This document shows positions 46,684 to 59,131 of a stretch of 64,000 nucleotides of DNA, in pieces; positions within the stretch are counted from its first letter, which is position 1; each line of letters opens with the position of its first letter. The notes under the pieces were generated by a model that worked only from the letters and a program-made list of their open reading frames with translations, had not been told where the DNA came from and made no database searches. The translations under genes and the position numbers were made by a program. The stretch is from Chlorokybus atmophyticus (taxonomy: Eukaryota > Plantae > Mesostigma and Chlorokybus algae), in NCBI GenBank assembly GCA_009103225.1, contig RHPI01000385.1:643479-707478 (forward strand), written 5' to 3'.

Positions 46684-48241
46684 CTACTGTAAAAGCGGCA
46701 CTGATGCAGTGCTGATCTTCTCTGCGAGGGCTAACTGCGTGCGCGTAAGGTTCGACAAGTATACTGTCAACAAGACGTCCTGTACAAAAGGGAACGCACA
46801 AGAACAGGAGTGAGTAAGCACAGGCACCAAGCAACAGCCACTCAAGCACCGCATATCAAAACCAAAGATTTCAAAGCGTGCTGTTGTACCTGTATGCTGT
46901 CGTTGAAGAGCTTCTCAAATGCTTCCGGTGTCATGTATGGGATGCTTGCAACAGTGTCGGCCAAATACCGGCCTATGGCGTTGTCCGGTGCAACACGCCT
47001 TGCCTGAATGCACGTTTACTGAGAAAGCCAGATGGGACGCTCGCATGTTGTCAATGCACAGCCTTGGCGTATGATGGTGTAAGCCTAGGCGTGTCACACT
47101 CACCAGCACATTGTCCACATAACCAACAGACATCTCTATGAGATGCTGCAACCTTTGCATCGAGCCCTCGAGCCCCTCAAGATCCGTCGGCAACCTGTCC
47201 GTCAGCGGGTTGCGCAGCAGCTCAACTGCAACAGAACACGCGCATGTCACAAGTTCAGCACACGATCGAGCATGTATCAAGCTGAATGTCATAGATAAGT
47301 CAGATAAACAGCCACGCCGAGCAAAGCAAGTCAAGTCGGCACATGGTGTGGGGTAGCATGCACTGCATCAAGTAGTGAGGCCGACACGCTCAAGTCTCTA
47401 ACATACACAAACGCAGCTAACATTGCGTGGACAACTTGTGGCCACTTCTCTCTACAGTCGACTGCTGCTTACCACCAATGCGCTCTGCTTCCATTGTGCG
47501 CACATCGACGGGGACCTCGCTGAAGTGGGCGGCGAGTTGCCTGTCGCCAATGGTGAGCGGTGAGGACACGAACGCGCGCACGGCCATGCGTCCATTGGTC
47601 AGCGCCGTGTCCACTGTCAAATGAATTGGACTCGGCAGCAGCGTTCCCGCCTCTTTGCTGTAAAAGTCCTGAAGCAAAGCATCGCTGCCCGTCACGCCGT
47701 TACCCGTTGAGTACCTGCGCATGCCACAAGCGATGACGCAATGCGTGCTGTGCACATTATGTGCGCATGCACACTTGCGTGATCACGCAAGCACGCACCA
47801 CCCAACAATGACCTCCTTTGGGCTAACTCGCTGGTGAAGCTCGTACATCGTCCTATGAAAGTCAATGTCCACAGCCACCTGGCGCATGAGCATGAGCATG
47901 AGCATGAGCATGCATTTCGTGCAGCACAACTCATAGCCAACAACATAGCATTGCAGAGAAACTAACATCCAGAAACAAGTTGTGTAGGAACGTTTAATTC
48001 TGAATCGCATGGCTACCTGGTCGGCGGCGTCGGAGTGGGGGACGGCATAGGCATTCTTGATGTCGACGGAGCCGTCCGGCGCGGGGGTGCCGAGCAGCGT
48101 GCCGATGACCCTGTCGCTGCCCTCCGTGCGCCGCAGGAAGCTGTCTGCAATGCTCACTAACACCACCGGGTGCACCTTCGCCGTCGCCACCGCCGCCGCC
48201 CCCCCGCTGCCCCCCATGGCCAGGTAGCCCCCCTCCCCCAT
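46684..48241 (-). CDS. EIF3F: Translation initiation factor 3 subunit F (MPN domain); exons 48241-48017, 47878-47799, 47714-47473, 47225-47104, 47003-46890, 46779-46684
   Basis: KVHPVVLVSIADSFLRR...RVIGTLLG...[78 protein letters not shown]. Start could be the second ATG (48217). Confidence 0.95.
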
Positions 48242-48415
48242 GACGACGACGACGACTGTGACTGTCTGTCAAGGCAAGCACACTTTCAGAAAGACGCACA
48301 ACTCCCCTCCCTGCTCGCTCCTCTCCTTCCTTGCCTCCACGCCCAGGACAACCACGCCGCCAACAACCACAGCGGCGGCGGCGGCGGCGGCGGCGGTGAG
48401 ATGTTTCGTGTCTGC

Positions 48416-48433
48416 GGTTTAGGGTTAGGGTTT
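48416..48433 (-). promoter_or_regulatory. Telo-box (AAACCCTA) within a short telomere-like repeat upstream of eIF3f
   Basis: The plus strand reads GGTTTAGGGTTAGGGTTT, ~175 bp upstream of the eIF3f ATG in the eIF3f/DPM2 divergent spacer. Confidence 0.6.
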
Positions 48434-48717
48434 GTGCTACATCACGTCACGCGCGTGACGCTTGCTGCCGTGACGAAATGTGCGACACGGCATCACGTTG
48501 CGTAACTCGAACAGGGAGCCAACGCCATGCAGCAGGCGGCGGCGGCATGCCACGTGTCGGAGACGAGTGAAGGTTACTTGATGGGCATGTGTGTGTGAAT
48601 AACCTATGGCTCTTGTGGTAAACGAGGGCTGGCTGATTGCGAGGTAGGTAGGCTTGGGTTGGTTTGATAGCAGTGAGATTGCTCCTAGCCTGGCCTAGCC
48701 TGGTCTGGTCTGTTGCG

Positions 48718-49370
48718 ATGGGGGACCGGGCGGCTGGTTTGGGTCTGATGGCTTTCAGCTGCGCGCTCTTCGTCTACTACACCTTCTGGGTCATCATCAC
48801 GGTGCGAAGTCTAGACAGAAAGCATACCATCCCCCCCATTTTATCAAGCCCTGCTTGCCATCTTGACGCCGCCTATTACTGCACTGTGACACAGTATTAA
48901 TGGATTGGATGCATGCAAGCTATGTGGCAATGTTTACAGTATGCAGAATGTTCTGTCTCGTGCAGCACAGTGCGCTTTGATGACGTCATGATCCGCATGG
49001 TTTTTATGTAATGCATCACATGTGTGTTCACAACGTATGTGTGCATGTATGCCAATGTCATATGCAGCCATTTGCTGAGAAGTCGCATTTCATCCACCGT
49101 TACTTTCCGCCGCGGTTTTACGCGATCGCCATTCCCACGCTGCTGCTCGTCCTCGCCGTCTCCACCGTTGCCGCATTTCTCGGCGCCGTCATGATCAAGG
49201 CAAGTTGAACACTCACATTCACACTCGCATTTGCGCTCATGCCCACGCTCACACTTATCGGTCACGCATGATGCACATGAGACAATGGTGGTGATACGTC
49301 GCTCATGTCTGCATGCCCGTGTATGCAGGCCGGGCGGGAGCGCCAAGCAGCCAAAGCCAAGTTAATTTGA
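48718..49370 (+). CDS. DPM2: Dolichol-phosphate mannosyltransferase regulatory subunit; exons 48718-48801, 49068-49199 and probably 49329-49370 (GC-AG intron)
   Basis: MGDRAAGLGLMAFSCALFVYYTFWVIIT/PFAEKSHFIHRYFPPRFYAIAIPTLLLVL...FLGAVMIK. If unspliced, it stops at 49208. Confidence 0.92.
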
Positions 49371-50165
49371 TGCAGCGCATTGCTTCATGTTCGAGCTATA
49401 CGAGCAGAGGCATCTTCAGCAAATACTCCGATGATTCTGCTGATGTCTCGGTTGCAAGGTGTGTACCGTCGCACATGTCACGCGTGGCGCATGCCCCAAA
49501 ACTCACACTGCTACTGGCCTGCGCACGCCGGCGTGGCTGCCTCCAGAGACAGCAATGGACTGCTTGGACTGTGTGACTGGACTGTTTAAATGACTGATTT
49601 GTATACTAGCGCACGCAATGCGCATCAGCGATATGTAGCCTACTGATACTGACATGTGCATAGACAACACTCATTGCCCATTCTTTGATCATGAGACACC
49701 GCTGCTTTCCAAAACTTGCATGTTCCTTCGGAGATACAAAGTTTGCACTCTCTATTCACAATCCAACAGCAGACCAGCTCTTGATTGGGACAAAACGTTT
49801 TGTTGCAAACAGAAAATCAATCTAGCCACACATCTGGGGGAAGACATGGTCTCAATTGTTACACATGAGAAGGTGGTGTCAGTGATGTTTGTGTTTGAAG
49901 GCATTGGTAACATGATGATGCCAATACGGATGATGCTCTCATCCTGAACACTTCAATACAAACCGACATGCTATTGTGCAGCTTTCCTTTCCGGTGCATA
50001 ATCATAGAAACCCCCATCAGTCTCAACAAACACCCATGCGCATGCACATATGTGATTGCGACTGAGCAGGCGAGTGCGCAGACCTTGCACGCTTGCACTG
50101 ACCACCTCATCCCGTATACACAGCACGCTTAACTGAGAGCAAAGACGCTACCAGCCACACAATCA

Positions 50166-53100
50166 TCAAGCTGTCTGCTTGGCCTTACTGGCTTTCTTGA
50201 CCTTCTTCTGCTTGGGTGTCTTTGCGCCGTTGTCTGCTGCTGCGCCGTTGGCTTCGCCTTCTACAGGTCTACCCCGCTTCAGCTTCTGGCGCTCCCTCAC
50301 CTCTTGTCGCAGCTTCTCTCTCTTGGCCTCCCTGTTTATGAAGACGTAACATTGTCAATCAGGCATCAACATTATCAACAAGCATGACGAGACTGAACTA
50401 ACTGTAGTGGTGGCATCCATCAACCCGAACTGTGTTGTTGTCATGTGCAACAAACCTGGCGGCAGCTGCCTCCTCCTGGGTAGGCAACAGCTTCCGGGCT
50501 TGCCTGCCTTTCAACTTCCTTGCTTTGGGTGGCTTCGCCATAGCCCCCGCGTCTGCTTCCATTTCCTCCTGATCCTCACCACGCCCGGACACTGTTGGCA
50601 CGTCATCCTCGCCAGCCAATTCAGTTGAAGAAGATGGCCTGGATGGCCAATCATGAAGTTGTCAATAACAACGAGAACACACAGCAGTGCACAACCACAG
50701 ATACCGCACCTTGCTCCCTCGGCATCAGACACATCATCAGTATCAGCGGCACCATTGTCAGCGGTTTCTGGCTGCTCCTCTTCAGCAGCATCACGCGCAA
50801 CTTTCTCAGTCTTAATCTTATTGCTGAGTTTCTTCAACTGCGCATCAGCAGGCATAACTGTCAGAACTCAGCCCTTTGAGTTGTTCAGGCTGATCAGGCA
50901 TGTTGATGACCACCTGGGACACAATCCAGCGCGAACAACAGTGAAGATGTGCGCATGTCGTTGTACCTTGGCAACAAAGAAGCCATCCATGTTGTGCACG
51001 TGCGGAAAGAAGCGGCGTGTGTTTGTTATGGAGGGGTGAAAGCGGTGCTCCCTGTAGCGTACAAACCTGGAAGCAAGCTGTATGAGAAAAGCTGTGCTAG
51101 CCTCGATTGGCTGGATCACAGTCGAGGAATTCGTGCAGTCACCATTAAGAACATGCATTGCATTACCCTGGCCTCCCGAAATCCAGGCCGCAAGGCACCA
51201 CTTTGACGTCACGCCTTTTCAGAGCGTAGTTCACTACAGCTTCATTCTGCGGGAAGCAACCAACCGATCACAGCACGAAAAGGGCAGATGTCATTGTGAA
51301 AACACGCATACACAAGCATATGCACGGGCAAGCTTGCACCAGCAAAGGGCCCACCTCATCAACAGTGACCGAGCAGGTAGAGTACACGACATAGCCACCA
51401 GTCTTGGAGCTCGCATCACAGCAGTCGATCGCTGCAAGTATCAACTCCTGGCACAAACATACACCGTCAGATGCTACATACTCTTCTGCAGCAGCCGGAT
51501 GAACCGTAACCATGCTACTACCTTTTGCAGGTGCGAACACTTGTGGATATCATCAGCGCTTTTACTTATCTTGACTGAGGGGTCTTTGGAGATGACCTGT
51601 CATTGAAGCCATGAGATGTGAGTGACAACTGGAGACTTCTGTAAATGCGGCAGGAGAGCAAAGCTCAAGCGTACCCCAGTGCCGCTGCATGGAGCATCTA
51701 GCAACACGCGGTCAACATGACCAACCACCTTTGCAAGCTGCCATTGCAATCAAGCTATCAATGAGAGTAGCGAAGCAAACAACCCCGCTAGGCACTGTCT
51801 TGGCAACTCGTGCTCACTGCATGCATCAACTAGGTTGATTTGCAATGGTCTAAGCCCAGACTTGTGACAGAGACGTTAACGGTTACCTGCCGGCCATCAT
51901 AGTTGCAGACCACAGTGTTTGTCGCGCCCATGCGTTGTATGTTGGCTGTGAGCGAGGTAAGCCTCGCCCCATTCAGCTCATTCGCAAACACGATGCCTGT
52001 GGCAGAACGCAAGAGATTAAAAATATGCTATTGATGGCCACACGTGAAGTTAATGAGCGATAACCGCCAACAAGACGTGCCTGTATTTCTTAGCAGCGCG
52101 CATATGTACGTTGTCTTACCACCTGGCGCTGCCCTGCAAAAAAGTGCCACTGCCATTACACACCACCGTGCATGCATGCAACATGCAACTAGCGCGAAAG
52201 CCACTTACGCCATGTCTAGAATGCGCTCATTCTCCTGCGGTGCAAGTGCCATCACAGGCAAGAAGGATGCCGCACTCTGCAACTGCACACACAACACATA
52301 GGCGTAAGCTAATGTGCTGAAATAACACAACATGACAAAGGCAAGCACCAGCGACAACAGCTAGACGACAAGCAAGGAAAAGCAGCACGACTATTACCAT
52401 GTAATGACCTGCCATGTACTCAGGGGTGGCGCCCACAGGCACCTGGGAGTCGTATACCACGAGGCCAACCTGCAAACAGCTCGTTAGCACAGGCATTGCA
52501 CGCAGCAAGGGTACTTGTGAAAGCATGTGTGCTTGATGCGAGTCTCAGAAGAAAATGTTGTCCTCAGATCAGCGAAGCTGATCGGATAGATAACGCAGTA
52601 ATTAACTTCATCACCGACTCGCTAAGGATCACACAAGCGGCGCAACTCGCGCAATTATCCATGAACATCCCTACGTTCGTGCACATGTACGTCGCATGTA
52701 CTGTGCTGTGAGAGGCTGCTCAACTAAATGCAAATGGGCATGCGACATGATACCTTTGACCATTTGCTGAGAGGATCAAGATTGACACCGCGGTTAATGA
52801 GAGCGGCTGCCAACTCTCGTCTTCTTGCCTAATGGCAAACATACTCGTTAGTCTCCGCAAACAGTACTTGCACCAAAACCAACCAATACATAGCAAGCTG
52901 TAGAAAGGGGCCATACCTTCAGCGTGTTGGTGCGCAAAGTCATGGGACGCTTAGACTCGTTGGCCTCCAGCAGCTCAATCGCCTCGGCAACGGAGAACAT
53001 GTTTAGGAACATCTCTATGAGGAACTCGTTGTACCCGTAGTATGCACACAGGTCCCGCGTGAGCTGCGCCATGTACTCTGCTCGCGCGCTGTCGGGCGCT

Positions 53101-54588
53101 TTCAGCTGCTGGAAACTGGACAACACTCTCACAACTGCACCGCAATCAGCTGTCAGTAAGACCAACTCAACGAATGGAACACACTTGCTGTGTCGCACTT
53201 ACCCTCTTTAATGCGCGCTTGCATGCGAACCAAGTCGGGTGGCGAGCTTGCCTCTTCTGCAAGTCCCTGTGCAATGCCTGGGTTCAACAAACATGCAAGC
53301 AACATGTCCCTTTCCTTTGAGACGAGATGGATTCTGTATGAAGAAAGCATCAAACCTCTGCTGTTGGCAGTTGGAAAGGTTCAACGTCGGCAATGTTAGT
53401 TTCAAGCTGCTCAGCTTTGGCATCCGCTTCCTCTTGCTTGCGTGCTGCATCTAAGCGCCTGGACTTGCGCTCTGCAGCAGTCTCTTCCTCTTCCTCGTCC
53501 TCATCCTCCTCACCATCATCGCGCTCGCTCGTGTCTTCGTCAATGGCCTCATTGTCCTCACCATCTGCGCCCGCAGCTTCCTCGTCACTTGCTGGAAGCT
53601 CGTCCCGATCTTCATGTCCGCCCTCCAATTCGTCATCGCTGCCATGAAGTACATGGTCAACGCATGCACGGATGCTTGCTGGTGCATCATAGGGTGTACA
53701 ACCGACTACCCATATAGGTAGTGCCGTTAGGAATTGGCTTCAAAATGACATGATTCGTGGGAGCAATATCTGAATACTTTTGTGGCCAACATGCTTCAAA
53801 GACGCAGGATGCGGTGTGGCAACACTGTGCATGGTAATGCACTGCTGTAATGAGAGCAAAGCGGGGAAAGCATACCGTGCACAAGAGCACGTCAAAAGGC
53901 AACCAAGATAGCACTCTTCCAACTTTGCACTCTTCCAACTTTGTGGCCAACATGCTTCAGAGACTTGCAGTGTGGCAACACTGTGCATGGTAATGCACTG
54001 CTGTAATGAGAGCTAAGCGGCGAAAGCATACCGTACACAAGAGCACGTCAAAAGGCAACCAAGATAGCACTCTTCCAACAAGGCATGCATTGCACTGAAT
54101 TGTCTGAGCTCAAAATGAAACCTGTCGTCAACATCGGCGAGCTCGTCATCCGGCTCCTCGTCGTCGTCCTCCTCCTCCTCTAGCGCCGGCTTGCTGGCCG
54201 GCTTAAGCCACTTCTTGTTGGAGTCTGTGAAGCCGGGCTTGTTGTTGGTAGAGGCCAGCTTATTGCTACTGTTTTTCTTCAGCGGCGGCTGCAATTGCAC
54301 CTCCTCCAGATCCTGCTCGTCCTCAAACAAATCCGCTTTGCGTTTGAGGATACCACCGCCCACATCGCGCCTATCAAACCTCCCCTGCACTACGCCTCCT
54401 CGTGCTCCCCTTCCTCGTCCTTGCACGCCTCGTCCTCCTCCTCGCCCTCGACCTCGACCTCCTCCGCCTCTTCCTCCTCCTCCTCCTCCTCCTCCTCCTC
54501 CTCCTCTTCCTCTTCCTCCTCCTCCTCCTCCTCCTCTTCCTCCTCCTCCTCGCCCCCTGCCGCCTGGCATTCCCCCGCCTCTCGCCAT
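50166..54588 (-). CDS. NOP2: NOP2/NOL1 25S rRNA m5C methyltransferase, multi-exon, with an N-terminal RGG/Gly-rich tract
   Basis: [12 protein letters not shown]; [11 protein letters not shown]; [23 protein letters not shown]; AAPGGKTTY; [10 protein letters not shown]; [13 protein letters not shown]; [11 protein letters not shown]; [17 protein letters not shown]; Lys-rich tail. Confidence 0.95.
53781..54079. repeat. Tandem duplication (~161-bp period) in NOP2 intron 1
   Basis: TGTGGCCAACATGCTTCA...TGTGGCAACACTGTGCATGGTAATGCACTGCTGTAATGAGAG...GCACTCTTCCAAC begins at 53781 and 53942. Confidence 0.9.
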
Positions 54589-57500
54589 GCTGCTACCTGA
54601 CAAGGCTGCCGCCCCTTCAACCCTTCTGCCTGGCATGCTAACACCTCACACAATGTGTACCCATCGTAAGCATGCACGACAGGGTCTCAGCATGTAGTGC
54701 CCGTCAACCCCCGCCGCCGCCACCCCCGCCAACAGCGCCGCCACTCCTGCCGTCGACCGACGACCGAGAGCACTCAAACCGGTGTGCCGCATATATCAAT
54801 GCTCCCAAGCGAGGTATGCGGTCACTTCTCATATGCCAGTGCAAACACATATGTGAGTGACATGCATGACTGACATGACTAACATATACGTGACTCATGT
54901 GACATGATCATCATAAGAAGTGATTTGCCCCATTAACCCTTGATGGTATAACAACCGAAGCTACGATTCATGGCCCATAATAAGCACACCAGGCACATTA
55001 TATACAATCATGTCCATCAACCATGTTACACCACAGCCACGCATGCTTTGTACGTCTGTGTGCAACTACTGAGGGACCCTCCATACTACAATATGCTTTG
55101 ATGTGAACATGCATGCCATTGTGAAAGGGTATGTTAACTGAATTAACACAATGATATTATTGGCTACAAACATGTACACATAACCCCCGTTCTACCGGGC
55201 ATGACAGTTGTAGTAGATACGCTGTGGGGTGAGGCTTTGAATCAATCCTTGCGGAGCTGGATGTTGAAAGACTCGAAGGGTTTCAACCGACTTAAAGAGC
55301 CCTTCAACAACTTGCGTAATCCTCATTAGCGTGAACATGTTTATTTTAAAACGTATGACTTCATTACTTTGTACGATAACATCGAGCTCGCACATAATTG
55401 CTTAACCGGATGCGAGGTTGGATGGATAACGTGTTTGACTGTGTGTTGCACCGCGATCGTAAGACCCACTTGCATGTCAACAAACTGGCCGGAGTCATTC
55501 TCTCACACTTGCATACAAGGTACCACAGCCACACATGGGTGTCACATGCGTTCTCACTGCGCACATGCTGCATGCCATGCTGGGCTTTCATCTCAATAAC
55601 TCGTTTGTTCAGACAGTACATGACAAGATGTATCAGCAAGTTATAGGGAGCCCCGTACGGAACAGTGCTGGGGTATACCTGGCAAGTTATGACTTGTGTA
55701 CTTATGAGCTGAACTTTGTGACCAGGCTAGTGGCCGCAGGATATATGCTCTTGGCGTTGAGGTTTCACAACAGGTCTTACATTATGTTGCTAATTTGCTT
55801 GTAGTAACACTGCCCGAGTTTGCTTATTGCATATAGTTCAACCTCGCAGTTGTCACGCCTATAAGGCTAGCGAAACTCATCATTTGTCCCTTACTGTTGG
55901 TAAGATGAGATTCAGTGAGGACTCATTCCTTATAAGCAAGTGTAGTGCTTATGGGGTATGCTCTCATGAAGGTTTGTTTTGCCGATGAGTGATGATAAAC
56001 TACACAAGGCATTGATAAGGGCTAGCACAGAGCTGGTCAATGCCTATAGCATGTGAGCCTGTGTTAATGTCTCATGAGTTGCCACTGGATGTGACAATTG
56101 CAAAACAGTGAGGTAAGTCGGCAAATCACAGGATCTGCACTGTGGTAGTGAGATTCGCCAGTGATGTGATAGTGGCAAGGCAAATGATGCGTGTGGACAA
56201 TCCGCAAGTAAGTGTGTATTAGGGAAGCTTAAGTTCGCAACTCCGAGCTAGGATTGTTATTCCTGCATGAAGCCGAGGTGGTTGATACTCCCGAGGTGGA
56301 GTTTGTTGGTTCCGATGTAGAAACAAGGTAAGCGCATAGTGACAAGGCCTAGGTGGCCTTGAACATGATGTGTGCTAGGTCGGGAGAGCAGCATGTGGTA
56401 CAAATGCTGAGTTGCATTCTTAAGTGTAACATCGGCGCCTTAACCACTGGGCTACGGCAGCAAAAGTCGCTGCCATAGGCAGGAGAATATAGCATTTATG
56501 CAGCCTTGCCACATATATGTTACACTTAGTGGGGATCGGATCAGTGATGATCAGAGTGTGTTCACCTTGCAAGAGGGCCACTTGTGTATGAGGTGCCTGG
56601 CTAGTAGTTGTTGAAGGGGCTCTCCCCCTCATCCCTTGTGGGGTGTTGTGGTGTTGTGTGTGCATGTGGGTGTGTTGGGCGTGTGTTGTGTGTGCCTGGG
56701 GCTGAGTGGACTCCACCGGCCTCTGAGGCCTCCTGCGTCACCGTGATGGGTGACCCTCTCCTCTTTTGGTGCTAAACTGCAACTTCCCCAGCGAGGTGGT
56801 GCACTGGTGACGCTGGTGGGACTTCCATCTGCAAGTCCATAGTGCTTGTGCATAAGTTTGCCAAGCCGACGAGCAGGAAAGTAGGTGGTGTGATCACATA
56901 AGTATTAAAAAGTAGAAACCTATCCACAGGTTATAATGACATTGTTATTATACCATTTTAAACATTTGCTGAACTTTTAAGATCCCAAAGAGGGTTTGTG
57001 TAAACAGATGTACAGCAAATTAAACGCTGCCCCTTTTAGGTGCCTGGAGCACGTGCCTCACACCGAGAGAGCAACATCTCGCAGTCAGCAAAGCTGGGAG
57101 TCATGGTGTCACAGTTTGTGAGAATTGAACGCATCTGCACGCTTACACTTCACTTCATTGCGCAGATCGTTCAGCTGTTGTGTGACATGCAAGCACAAAG
57201 ATATGTCATGCATGTTCTGTTCAACAAGTAGCGTGCAGAATGACAGGCACCAAGTATGGAGTGACATATCTACGGTTGTACATCCTCGTGGCTACCAGGT
57301 GTACTGCCACGCTATAAGGTAAGTGAGATAAAGTGGTTGTGTGCAAGTGTGGGAGTAGCGATTTGCCCGCACATGCTATGTTTGCATCACACGTGCATAG
57401 TTACATGCTTGCTTGTCACTGCGTTGCATTGTACTAATTGTCGTCATTACAGTTCAGCTGATTATAGGTGTCATATATAATGTGTCGTGTAGTGTCCAGG

Positions 57501-58202
57501 AAGTTGTGTCCGGTCAGTGCTATTGCTTGACCATGCCATTGAAAAATGCTTGCAGGCTTTGTTGTGTTAAGCAGATTGCGGTGGGTCCAACACTTTGGAC
57601 CACAACATATGGCGGCTGCATCATCATTTGCAAGCACCGCACAACACACCAAGCATTATCTCCGCCCTCGCCCTTGCTGCTATAAAGCGTATACCTCGTT
57701 GCTGCTGCTGCTGCTGCTGCTGCTGTTAAATTCTGTCCTGCTCTTCATCCTACCGGCCTAACACCTGGCGCTGCTTGAACACAGGCGCCAACTGCGTGCT
57801 ATTTGCTTGCCTTGTTGGTGTGCCTTTCCTAACCCTACACCCTCGCCTACGACATTGCACGCACCCAACCACAGCACTTAGCTAAGTTTGCCTCTGCTTT
57901 AATAATTCAGCTGCTTACCCGCTCTTTGCTTGCTTTGCTGGCTTGCTAATTGAAGTGTTGTGTGCGCTCATGCATCTGAATCATCAAATAGCCATTACCG
58001 ATGGTCGCCTCAATATCACAATCATTCAAGCAGCTTGTTACGGTGAGGGTCCGACCGTCCCCGCCATAATAAATTATGGCGGGAAACATGACTTTCTTCT
58101 CATGCAATTATTATTGAACCCTCTGGCTCCATTACATAACGTAGCTCCACAATGACCAATGGCTGACCAGCAACACATACAATGCACGTCATGCTGTGCA
58201 GG

Positions 58203-59131
58203 AAATGCGAGAGGAGTACGCCCATTCACACCACACCACGCATGCAACACTCTGCAGAACACACTCACCTCTACATACGCAACCACGGGGCTACCTACTC
58301 TACTCCTACACCTACATCTATGCCCCCTATTAGTCATGCATGCACAAGTTGCAATCGGTTACCTGCACCAGCGCTACGTGGTTAGCGGCCCATTTGCAGC
58401 AACACCAGCGGTCACAACAACAGCAGGACTTGGACTCCCTCCCTCCTGCCTTCCCTACACCCTCCCTCCTCCCGCCGTCTTAACGCTCTGCCGTCCGCTT
58501 GCCCGCGACTGCGTTGCTGCAGCCAGGGTTTGGGTTTGCGCCGATTGGCGCGCAGCATGCAGTCCCATGCACGGCATGCAGCACACTGCTGTCGCTGCGC
58601 TGCTGTGCACTTTGCGTTCCTTCACACGGGCATCGACGGACTGCTCCTCATGTACTTGCCGTTGCCGGCTTCCCTGTCATGCATGATCAACAGGGCGGGC
58701 GCTAACACTATTTATCTACTATACATGGTGCTCCCGGTCCAGCACCTGCTATTCGTCAGTCACACCATCCTATGTCAATCATACATACATACATCACACA
58801 TGCAGCGACACTGCTTCCACGTGCTCACACCACATCACACTCGACGCAATCATACTGAGCTTGAACGGTGAACATGCAACCTATGCCATAACATAGGGTA
58901 GCCAGGCGCACACCCGTACAGCACGTGCCAACCTGGCTTGCCATTGGCCACGTACTGTCTCATGTCGACTAACCAGGGCGTAGTGTGTATAGAAAATGCG
59001 AGAGGGGTATGCCCATTCAGACCACACTACGCATGCAACACTCTGCAGAACACATACATCACGTGCATATTCTGTGCACTCACCTCGTTACTTTATACGC
59101 GACCGCCGGGCTACTTACTCTACTCCTACAC
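58203..59131 (+). repeat. Diverged direct repeat pair (~58203-58311 and ~58994-59131)
   Basis: AAATGCGAGAGG.GTA.GCCCATTCA.ACCACAC.ACGCATGCAACACTCTGCAGAACAC...GGGCTAC.TACTCTACTCCTACAC occurs in both; the second copy has a ~25-bp insertion. Confidence 0.85.

Noticed and set aside
48416-48433. Telomere or chromosome end
   Set aside because: Only about 2.5 units, internal, in a promoter; treated as a telo-box.
54390-54697. Poly-Glu ORF (54390-54677 -) and poly-Pro/poly-Ser ORFs (+)
   Set aside because: Alternative frames of the (GGA)n tract; only the Gly/Arg frame has an ATG that continues into NOP2 exon 2.
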